Shown: positions 11,075-18,167 of the stretch, one piece after another
Layout of the letters: each line of letters begins with the position of its first letter
How positions within the stretch are numbered: the stretch's first letter is position 1
Assembly: GCA_035285865.1 (NCBI GenBank)
Contig: JAYKHS010000032.1
Coordinates: forward strand, 1 to 18,167
DNA from: Candidatus Sericytochromatia bacterium
GTDB lineage: Bacteria > Cyanobacteriota > Sericytochromatia > S15B-MN24 > VGJW01
Direction: 5' to 3'
Length of the DNA: 18,167 nt
The notes under the pieces: generated by a model
What the model was told of the DNA's origin: nothing
What the model saw: only the letters and a program-made list of their open reading frames with translations
The model's database searches: none
Translations under genes and position numbers: made by a program

Positions 11075-11102
11075 GGGGCCGTGTCCGGAAGGGCGCGGCC
11101 CC
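11075..11102 (+). terminator. GC-rich hairpin with GNRA loop between the beta-barrel gene and the rpaB-like gene
   Basis: GGGGCCGTGTCC-GGAA-GGGCGCGGCCCC forms 12 bp including G:U pairs; weak U-tract (TTCGAGGTTTT). Confidence 0.5.
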
Positions 11103-11117
11103 TTCGAGGTTTTGTCC

Positions 11118-11849
<732 letters not shown>

Positions 11850-11858
11850 GCCCGACCT

Positions 11859-13559
11859 TCAGGGACGCTGCAACAGGCCCGTCGACGTGACGGCGAGGCG
11901 GGCCGTGCGGCCGGGCGCCTTGTCCGTACGGCGATCGCGGGCGAAGGAGGAACCCTCGCTGGCCTTGGCGACCTTCTTGACCTCTGCTGCGAGGCTCGCC
12001 AGTGCGAGGAAGTCGGGGATCTGGCGCGTCTCGTTGGTCACGACGGCAATCGACAGCGAGCAGATGCCGAACCGCTGGACCTGACCCTGGCGATCGACGG
12101 ACACGATGTAGCCGCGCTCGCGATCGTCGGGGGGATAGAAGCCCAGCACCTGGGCGTCGAAACGCCGGATGATCTCGCGACACAGGTCGTCGGCCGCGTT
12201 CGGCTCGGACACGATGATGAAGTCGTCGCCGCCGATGTGCCCGATGAAGTCGCCGGGGTGGTCGACGAACTGCACGGCGTCCTTGAGGATCTCGGCCGTG
12301 AATTGGATGATGCGGTCGCCTGCCTCGAAGCCGAACTTGTCGTTGAACGCCTTGAAGTTGTCGAGGTCCACGTAAAGGACGGCCACCTGCTCGCCCAGTT
12401 CGAGGCGACGCTGGACCTCGGTCTCGATGACGAGGTTGCCGGGCAGCTTGGTGAGCGGGTTGGCGTTCTGGTCGTTGAACTTCATGATGGCCAATGACTC
12501 GGTCATGACGTTGAAGGCCTCGGCCAACTGCTCGAGCTCGTCGCCGGTCCTGAGGTCCAGCTGGGTGTCGAGGCGGCCGCTGGCGACCGTAGTCGCGTGG
12601 CCGGCCAACTTGCGGATGGGGTCCGTGATCGTGCGCGCCACCAGGTTGGCCGCAAGGAACGCCAGGCCGCAAGCCAGCAGGCTGAGCAAGGCGATGAAAA
12701 GCTGCGCCTGGTGGATCCGGGCGTTGAGCGGGGCCGAAGGCTCACCGATGAAGAGCATGCCGACGAACTGCGAGTAGTCCCCGAAGAGCGGTGCGAAGGC
12801 CGCGAGGTGCTCCTGCCCGCCGAGCGACAGCGTCGTCTTGGCGACGGTGCCCGAGTCGCGCACCGACGCGATGATGGGGGCCTCGATGGAACCGGACAGC
12901 GGTTGGCCGCCTCCGTCGCGGATGCTCTGGGCCAGCCACGTGGCGCGGCGGGAGTCGCCCACGGCCACGCCTACTTCGAGGCCGGTGATCTGCTTGAGTT
13001 GGTCGGCGAAGGCCTGATCGAGGCGGGAACCCACCAGCACGGCGCCCAGGACCTCGTTGCCCTCCCGGATGGGGGCGATGCCACGGACCGCGAGGCCGAG
13101 GTCGCCGATGGCCTCGAGCCCCTTCACCGTCTCGCCGACGAGGGCGAGCTGCAGTCCGGGGCTGGGCATCTCGGGGACGTCCGTGCGGTTGCCGGGCCAG
13201 AAGCCGCGCTGCAGCAGCAGGGTGCCCTGGGCATCGTAGACCTTGAGGAGTTGGCGCTCGTCGAGGATCTCGAGCAGGCGACGGACCTCGTCGGCACGCA
13301 TCTTGCCGCCCGAGCGGGCAAAGGCCGCGACGCGGGGATGGCTGGCGAACATCTGGGCCGAAGCCAGCGCGTTGTCCTTGAAGTAGTCGAAGGTGTGCAG
13401 CATGACGGCCGTGTCGTTGTCGAGGCGCTTGAAGGCCTCGTTGTGGATGCCACGGGTGGTCAGCACGGCAGCGATCGACGCCACCAGGAAAAGCAGGCTG
13501 GCGCAGACGGCGGAGAAGACGACGGCCAACTTGATGGCCAGTTTCAGGCGGACATGCAC
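11859..13559 (-). CDS. Membrane dinucleotide cyclase: TM, Cache-like sensor, TM, HAMP, GGDEF (GGDDF variant)
   Basis: Two TMs; HAMP TITDPIRKLA...DELEQLAEAFNVM; NPLTKLPGN; YVDLDNFKAFNDKFGFEAGD; GHIGGDDF; AGGAGGAG SD before GTG. Confidence 0.92.
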   Translation of the reverse strand: MHVRLKLAIKLAVVFSAVCASLLFLVASIAAVLTTRGIHNEAFKRLDNDTAVMLHTFDYFKDNALASAQMFASHPRVAAFARSGGKMRADEVRRLLEILDERQLLKVYDAQGTLLLQRGFWPGNRTDVPEMPSPGLQLALVGETVKGLEAIGDLGLAVRGIAPIREGNEVLGAVLVGSRLDQAFADQLKQITGLEVGVAVGDSRRATWLAQSIRDGGGQPLSGSIEAPIIASVRDSGTVAKTTLSLGGQEHLAAFAPLFGDYSQFVGMLFIGEPSAPLNARIHQAQLFIALLSLLACGLAFLAANLVARTITDPIRKLAGHATTVASGRLDTQLDLRTGDELEQLAEAFNVMTESLAIMKFNDQNANPLTKLPGNLVIETEVQRRLELGEQVAVLYVDLDNFKAFNDKFGFEAGDRIIQFTAEILKDAVQFVDHPGDFIGHIGGDDFIIVSEPNAADDLCREIIRRFDAQVLGFYPPDDRERGYIVSVDRQGQVQRFGICSLSIAVVTNETRQIPDFLALASLAAEVKKVAKASEGSSFARDRRTDKAPGRTARLAVTSTGLLQRP

Positions 13560-13627
13560 GCCAGTCTCCTCCTTCCTGTCTGGACTATCGACGGTTGCCG
13601 ACGGGGCCTTACCCTGACCACGCGGAA

Positions 13628-13656
13628 TTTCGTCAGGAGTTAACCTTTGATAGGAT
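13628..13656 (+). promoter_or_regulatory. Extended -10 promoter, probably leaderless, for the cbs-cth operon
   Basis: TG-a-TAGGAT (13648-13656), 7 nt, ATG 13664; AT-richer divergent intergenic region; no SD at normal spacing. Confidence 0.5.
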
Positions 13657-13663
13657 GGGTCCC

Positions 13664-14644
13664 ATGCACTATGCCCGGAACCTCTTCGAACTCATCGGCC
13701 AGACACCGCTGCTGCGCCTGAACCGGGTGGTGCCTCCGGACGGCCCGCTGGTGCTGGCCAAGCTGGAGATGTTCAATCCGGGCGGCAGCGTGAAGGACCG
13801 TCCGGCCCTCGCGATGATCGAGGAAGCCGAGCGCGCGGGTCTGCTGAAGCCCGGTGGCACGGTGGTCGAGCCGACCAGCGGCAACACCGGGGTGGGCCTC
13901 GCCATCGCGTGCGCGCTCAAGGGCTACTCCTGCGTGTTCGTGATGCCCGACAAGATGAGCCGCGAGAAGCAGGACGTGCTGCGGGCCTATGGCGCGGACG
14001 TCGTCATCACGCCGACCGCGGTCCCGCCGGAGCATCCCGAGAGCTACTACTCGGTCGCCAACCGCCTGACGGCGGAGATCCCCGGGGCCTACCAGCCCAA
14101 TCAGTTCCAGAACCCCCGCAACCCCGGGGCACACCATGCCTCCACGGGCCCGGAGATCTGGGCCCAGACCGAGGGCCGGGTCACGGCCTTCGTCGCCGGC
14201 ATGGGCACGGGCGGTACCATCTCGGGCACGGCCCGCTACCTGAAGGAACAGCGGCCGGACCTGCTGGTCGTGGGTGCCGACCCGGAGGGTTCGATCTACT
14301 CCGGCGATACGCCGCGTCCCTACAAACTGGAAGGCGTGGGCGAGGACTTCATCCCGGGCACCATCGACCTGTCGCTGATCGATCGGATGGAGCGGGTCTC
14401 GGACCGGGAGGCCTTCGCGATGTGCCGCCGATTGGCCCGCGAGGAGGGGCTGCTGGTCGGCGGTTCGTCCGGCATGGCGGTGGTCGCCGCCGCGCGGGTG
14501 GCCGCCACGCTGGGTCCGGACGACGTGCTCGTGGTGCTGCTGCCCAGCCAGGGCCGAGGCTACCTGTCCACGGTCTACAACCCCGACTTCCTCGTGCAGC
14601 ACGGCCTCGCGACCCGCGAGGAGCTGGGACCGGCACGCCGATGA
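13664..14644 (+). CDS. PLP-dependent cystathionine beta-synthase / cysteine synthase family protein (short form, no Bateman domains)
   Basis: Motifs IGQTPL, KLEMFNPGGSVKDR, EPTSGNTG, GMGTGGT, EGVGEDF, EEGLLVGGSSG; ~326 aa; coupled to the gamma-lyase by an ATGA overlap. Confidence 0.9.
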   Translation: MHYARNLFELIGQTPLLRLNRVVPPDGPLVLAKLEMFNPGGSVKDRPALAMIEEAERAGLLKPGGTVVEPTSGNTGVGLAIACALKGYSCVFVMPDKMSREKQDVLRAYGADVVITPTAVPPEHPESYYSVANRLTAEIPGAYQPNQFQNPRNPGAHHASTGPEIWAQTEGRVTAFVAGMGTGGTISGTARYLKEQRPDLLVVGADPEGSIYSGDTPRPYKLEGVGEDFIPGTIDLSLIDRMERVSDREAFAMCRRLAREEGLLVGGSSGMAVVAAARVAATLGPDDVLVVLLPSQGRGYLSTVYNPDFLVQHGLATREELGPARR

Positions 14645-15804
14645 CGCACACACCCGACTACTCCGGTATGGGCTTCCGGACCCGTGCCCTGCACGTGGGC
14701 CAGCCCGCCGATCCGGCCACGGGTGCGACCATCGTGCCCATCTACCAGACCTCGACCTTCACGCAGGAAGATGTCGGCGTCCACAAGGGCTTCGACTATG
14801 CCCGCACGGCCAATCCCACGCGCAGCGCGCTGGAGGCCTGCCTGGCTTCGCTCGAGGACGCCCGGCACGGCTTGTGCTTCGCGTCGGGGATGGCGGCCAC
14901 GGATACCGTGACCAAGCTGCTCTCGGCCGGTGACCACGTGGTGGTTTCGGACGACGTCTACGGAGGGACCTACCGGCTCTTCGAGCGGGTGCTGACGCGG
15001 TACGGCCTCTCGTTCACCTGGGTCGACGCCACGGACCCCGCACGGGTCCGCGCCGCCATCCGGCCGGAGACCCGGATGGTCTGGGCCGAGAGTCCCACCA
15101 ATCCGCTGCTGCGCGTGCTGGACCTTGAAGCGCTTGCCGCGGTGGCTCACGAGGCGGGCTGCCGCTTCGTGGTCGACAACACGTTCGCGTCCCCGGCCCT
15201 GCAGAATCCGCTGCGCCTCGGTGCCGACATCGTCGTGCACAGCACGACCAAGTACATCGGCGGCCACTCCGACGTCGTGGGCGGCTTCGTCGCCACGTCC
15301 GACGAGGCGACGTGGGCGGAACTCAAGTTCCATCAGAATGCCGTGGGCGGCGTGCCGTCCCCGTTCGATGCGTGGCTGACGCTGCGCGGGGTCAAGACCC
15401 TGGCCCTGCGCATGAAGGCACACGAGGAGTCTGCTCGCGTCGTGGCCGAGGGGCTGGTCGGGCATCCGGCCATCGAGGACGTGGTGTGGCCGGGGCTTTC
15501 CAGCCATCCGCAGCACGCGCTGGCTGCCCGCCAGATGCGGGGTTTCGGGGGGATGGTCAGCATCCGCATCAAGGGTGATCTGGCGCGTACCCGCGACGTG
15601 GCGCGCCGCCTGCAGGTGTTCTCGTTGGCCGAGAGCCTTGGGGGAGTCGAGTCCCTCTGCTGTCATCCGGCGGTGATGACGCATGCTTCGATTCCGGTGG
15701 CGGATCGTGAGGCACGGGGCGTCACCGACAATCTGCTGCGCCTGTCTTGCGGCGTCGAGGAGCCCGAGGATCTGCTCGGGGACTTGCTCCAGGCCCTTGG
15801 GTGA
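14641..15804 (+). CDS. Cystathionine gamma-lyase/gamma-synthase (Cys/Met metabolism PLP enzyme)
   Basis: Motifs PIYQTSTF, YARTANPTR, FASGMAA, YGGTYR, ESPTNP, VDNTFASP, HSTTKYIGGHSDV, LAESLGGVESL; ATG 14641 overlaps the upstream TGA. Confidence 0.95.
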   Translation: MTHTPDYSGMGFRTRALHVGQPADPATGATIVPIYQTSTFTQEDVGVHKGFDYARTANPTRSALEACLASLEDARHGLCFASGMAATDTVTKLLSAGDHVVVSDDVYGGTYRLFERVLTRYGLSFTWVDATDPARVRAAIRPETRMVWAESPTNPLLRVLDLEALAAVAHEAGCRFVVDNTFASPALQNPLRLGADIVVHSTTKYIGGHSDVVGGFVATSDEATWAELKFHQNAVGGVPSPFDAWLTLRGVKTLALRMKAHEESARVVAEGLVGHPAIEDVVWPGLSSHPQHALAARQMRGFGGMVSIRIKGDLARTRDVARRLQVFSLAESLGGVESLCCHPAVMTHASIPVADREARGVTDNLLRLSCGVEEPEDLLGDLLQALG

Positions 15805-15810
15805 GGAGCG

Positions 15811-15831
15811 AGGCGAAAATTATTTTCGCCT
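15811..15831. promoter_or_regulatory. Perfect 10-1-10 palindrome (operator or terminator-like hairpin)
   Basis: AGGCGAAAAT-T-ATTTTCGCCT. Confidence 0.5.
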
Positions 15832-15872
15832 GACGGCCTGATTCACGGAACCGGACGGAAGGGGGTTTCGTC

Positions 15873-15947
15873 AGACAGGCAGGAACGGAGAAGCGGCCCG
15901 GAGGACAACCCGGGAGCCACCAGCCGCCACCCGTGCCGGTCCTGTCT
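15873..15947 (+). ncRNA. Candidate structured 5' leader RNA
   Basis: Nested stems AGACAGG/CCTGTCT, GGAACGG/CCGTGCC, GCGGC/GCCGC and CCGG/CCGG with purine-rich internal loops; ends 10 nt before the AAGGAG SD. Confidence 0.35.
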
Positions 15948-15971
15948 TCCCTCAACCAAGGAGTCCGCACC

Positions 15972-16445
15972 ATGCGCAAGATGATGCTTGCCACCGCCGC
16001 CGCAGCAGCCACCCTCGCCCTCGCCGGCTGCGAGTACCGCTCGGTCCTCATCACCGAGCCCACCGTCGTCAGCGACAGCCCCGTCCGGGCCAGCCAGCCC
16101 GCCGCCCAGAACAGCGCGACCAGCCCCGCCGGCATCACGCTGAACGCCCTGGATGCCAACCCGACGAATGTCGCCAGCCCCACGGACCGGATCAGCTTCT
16201 CGGTCGTTGCCCACAACGCCAACAAGCTGCCGATGGAATACAGCTGGACCTCCACCAAGGGTACGCTTTCCGGCACCCGGGGACAGACGGTGACCTGGAT
16301 GCCGCTGCGGACGGACGGCACGGTGGAAGCCGGCGTCGCGACCGTCCAGTGCCTGATCTCGGACGGTGCGGGCGCCACCAAGGTGGCCGCCGTGAACCTG
16401 TTCATCCGGCCCGATGGCTCGGCGGTCAAGGCTGACGCGCAGTAG
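15972..16445 (+). CDS. Lipoprotein with Ig-like/PKD-type domain
   Basis: AAGGAG SD; MRK plus Ala-rich h-region and lipobox LAGC; S/P/A-rich linker; YSWTSTKGTL...VTW beta-sandwich pattern. Confidence 0.8.
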   Translation: MRKMMLATAAAAATLALAGCEYRSVLITEPTVVSDSPVRASQPAAQNSATSPAGITLNALDANPTNVASPTDRISFSVVAHNANKLPMEYSWTSTKGTLSGTRGQTVTWMPLRTDGTVEAGVATVQCLISDGAGATKVAAVNLFIRPDGSAVKADAQ

Positions 16446-16448
16446 TCG

Positions 16449-16495
16449 ATGGTTTCCCGCCCCTCGGAACGGCTGTTCCGGGGGGCGGAGGCCAT
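16449..16495 (+). terminator. Long hairpin directly after the lipoprotein stop (probable terminator)
   Basis: ATGGTTT(C)CCGCCCCTCGGAAC-GGCT-GTTCCGGGGGGCGGAGGCCAT forms ~21 bp including G:U pairs. Confidence 0.65.
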
Positions 16496-16694
16496 TTAGG
16501 GGAGGCCTGTTCAGGAATGCAGGTGTGGGGCATTGCTATCTTGATAGCCAGTCTCGGGTGGCCCTGCGGCGACAGGCGCTGTGGGCAGGGTCCCGTGGCC
16601 ACGCGACTCACGCGAGACAGGTGCGCTGGGGGGCTTTGTCACGGCCCTTTTCGGAAGACTGCTGCTGATCCGTAGGCCAGCAGCCTGCAAGAGG

Positions 16695-17006
16695 TCAGTG
16701 CCGCGCCAGCCACGCCTCGAGGTCTTGGGGTCCGCTGAAGTCCAGCAGGTCCTCCGCGAGTTGTTCCAGCGCTTCGAGCGACAGAGCTTCCAACTTGGCC
16801 AATGCATCGGCTCCGGGCAGCGCTACGCGTCGACCGAGCAGTCGTGAGATGGTCTTGATCAACTGGGCCTTGCGACCGAGTTCCTCTCCCTCAGCCACGC
16901 CTTGGGCCACGCCTTGAGCCACGCCTTGAGCCATGCCCTCAGCCCTACCTTCGGCCTTCAGGCGCTCGACCAGTTCCTGATAGAACCGCGAATGCTCCAG
17001 ACTCAT
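16695..17006 (-). CDS. Predicted in-frame internal small protein (RpnS-like, 103 aa), copy 1
   Basis: GGAGG-tggcg-ATG inside the gene (SD at 17011-17016), located just before the repeat helix. Confidence 0.6.
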   Translation of the reverse strand: MSLEHSRFYQELVERLKAEGRAEGMAQGVAQGVAQGVAEGEELGRKAQLIKTISRLLGRRVALPGADALAKLEALSLEALEQLAEDLLDFSGPQDLEAWLARH

Positions 17007-17633
17007 CGCCACCTCCGCAAGCTCGAGAAACGACGGGAAGAGACAGCTCCGCAGGATTTGATAGTAGACGATGCGATCCGGCTCGGGCAACGATTGGACA
17101 TCAGCCAAGGCTTGTTCCAGCAAGGGCAGGTCTTCTCGTCCCCGGCAGTGCAGCAAGGCATGAAAAACCGAGGCATGCGGACGACCGGCAAGCTCCTCAA
17201 GCGACAGGCGCGGAAAGTCCTCGGTGCCCAGCACCAGGGGCACGATCTGACTGCCCCGGCTATTGAGGCGGATGGGCTGCCGGGCCCACGCCGCCACCCT
17301 GGGGTCCGGTGCGATGACCAGCAATTCCACCGCGCATGCCCATCGCTGATGCATGGCCACCACGTACTGTGGCCACGACCATTGCTTCTCAGGGTCCCTT
17401 GCAAGTTGGATCTCCACCACGACAACCAGCCGGGGCGCGGTCGCGTCCCCGAAGATCATGACCAGGTCTGCCCTGCGGTCCACCACGAGGGGTATCGAGG
17501 CGGCGGGATCCATCAGGTAGACCGGCAGCCCGGGGTCAAGGTCCAGCACGACCCGTGCAAGCGCCGGGGCGAGGTGCTCGGGCACGTGCCTCAGCAACTC
17601 GATCAAGACCTCATGCAGGGGACCTGGCGACAT
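16695..17633 (-). CDS. Rpn-like PD-(D/E)XK nuclease-domain protein with DUF4351-like C-terminus (copy 1, long form, 312 aa)
   Basis: N-terminal HE.LIELL; RADLV...VVVEIQL..D (D...ExQ variant); EG/QG 4-aa repeat helix; C-terminal LSLEALEQLAEDLLDFSGPQDLEAWL. Confidence 0.82.
   Translation of the reverse strand: MSPGPLHEVLIELLRHVPEHLAPALARVVLDLDPGLPVYLMDPAASIPLVVDRRADLVMIFGDATAPRLVVVVEIQLARDPEKQWSWPQYVVAMHQRWACAVELLVIAPDPRVAAWARQPIRLNSRGSQIVPLVLGTEDFPRLSLEELAGRPHASVFHALLHCRGREDLPLLEQALADVQSLPEPDRIVYYQILRSCLFPSFLELAEVAMSLEHSRFYQELVERLKAEGRAEGMAQGVAQGVAQGVAEGEELGRKAQLIKTISRLLGRRVALPGADALAKLEALSLEALEQLAEDLLDFSGPQDLEAWLARH
16888..16959 (-). repeat. 12-bp coding tandem repeat, 6 degenerate units (KAEG RAEG MAQG VAQG VAQG VAEG)
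   Basis: Plus-strand units of the type CCTTGAGCCACG. Confidence 0.9.
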
Positions 17634-17760
17634 GCCCCCACGCTAACGGAGGGGGCATGACGGTTCCATCAGGAGGGGCATCAGGACCGTCATGGTCGCC
17701 AGCTGGCGATGCCTCTTGCGACGGGTGATGCCAAACTGTTGAACAACAACCTTCGCGGAG

Positions 17761-18084
17761 TCAGTGCCTCGCCAGCCACGCCTCGAGGTCTTGGGGGCCG
17801 CTGAAGTCCAGCAGATCCTCCGCCAGTTGTTCCAGAGCATCGAGCGACAGAGCTTCCATCTTGGCCAAGGCATCGGCTCCGGGCAGGGCTACGCGTCGAC
17901 CGAGCAGTCGTGAGATGGTCTTGATCAGCTGGGCCTTGCGACCGAGCACCTCTCCCTCAGCCACGCCTTGAGCCACGCCTTGCGCTACGCCCTGAGCCAC
18001 GCCTTGAGCCATGCCCTCTGCCTTGCCCTCGGCCTTGAGGCGCTCGACCAGTTCCTGATAGAAGCGCGTGTGCTCCAGACTCAT
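17761..18084 (-). CDS. Predicted in-frame internal small protein (RpnS-like, 107 aa), copy 2
   Basis: GGAGG-tggcc-ATG (SD at 18089-18094), at the same position as in copy 1. Confidence 0.6.
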   Translation of the reverse strand: MSLEHTRFYQELVERLKAEGKAEGMAQGVAQGVAQGVAQGVAEGEVLGRKAQLIKTISRLLGRRVALPGADALAKMEALSLDALEQLAEDLLDFSGPQDLEAWLARH

Positions 18085-18167
18085 GGCCACCTCCGCAAGC
18101 TCGAGAAACGACGGGAAGAGACAGCTCCGCAGGATTTGATAGTAGCCGACCCGGTCCGGCTCGGGCA
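17761..18167 (-). CDS. Rpn-like/DUF4351 protein, copy 2 (5' end outside the window)
   Basis: Frame is open to the window edge (PEPDRVGYYQILRSCLFPSFLELAEVAM...) and is near-identical to the 3' part of copy 1. Confidence 0.85.
   Translation of the reverse strand, partial: PEPDRVGYYQILRSCLFPSFLELAEVAMSLEHTRFYQELVERLKAEGKAEGMAQGVAQGVAQGVAQGVAEGEVLGRKAQLIKTISRLLGRRVALPGADALAKMEALSLDALEQLAEDLLDFSGPQDLEAWLARH
17954..18037 (-). repeat. 12-bp coding tandem repeat, 7 degenerate units (one more VAQG than copy 1)
   Basis: KAEG KAEG MAQG VAQG VAQG VAQG VAEG. Confidence 0.9.

Noticed and set aside
13909..15804. 631-aa ORF suggesting a fused or extended gamma-lyase
   Set aside because: The first ~244 codons overlap cbs out of frame with low-complexity R/G/P sequence; homology begins at ATG 14641.
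16888..18037. 12-bp repeats or the AAC tract as a CRISPR array
   Set aside because: Repeats are contiguous and in frame with no spacers, and no cas genes are present.
16695..18167. The Rpn-like paralogue pair as a DGR TR/VR pair
   Set aside because: Differences are mostly synonymous and involve all bases rather than adenines of one copy; no similarity to 50-169.
16695..18167. Rpn-like genes as IS transposases
   Set aside because: No DDE or HUH motif, terminal inverted repeats or target-site duplications seen; the family's 'putative transposase' label is not supported here.

Overview
GC-rich bacterial chromosome segment with a housekeeping core flanked by accessory DNA. An RpaB-like regulator, a cyanobacterial-type GlpX, DUF4351-like domains and diderm envelope genes suggest a non-photosynthetic relative of Cyanobacteria such as Sericytochromatia; this assignment is inference. 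Left end: an AAC-rich, FGE-sulfatase/C-type-lectin-like segment (~50-169) that looks like the template region (TR) of a diversity-generating retroelement (DGR). It is followed by a hairpin-rich spacer and then by an AAA-ATPase/PD-(D/E)XK gene; no reverse transcriptase or variable region (VR) lies in the window. Core: S4/YabO-like protein, eno, pyk (with PEP-utiliser domain), nnr, glpX, LolC/E-type permease, lipoprotein, small beta-barrel protein, rpaB-like regulator, Cache-HAMP-GGDEF (GGDDF) cyclase, cystathionine beta-synthase plus gamma-lyase, and an Ig-like lipoprotein behind a candidate structured leader. Right end: two tandem, near-identical Rpn-like PD-(D/E)XK/DUF4351 genes. Each has an internal GGAGG+ATG that would make a small C-terminal protein with a variable 4-aa repeat, suggesting a gene-within-gene toxin-antitoxin/defence array. 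All family calls come from motif recognition, not database searches.
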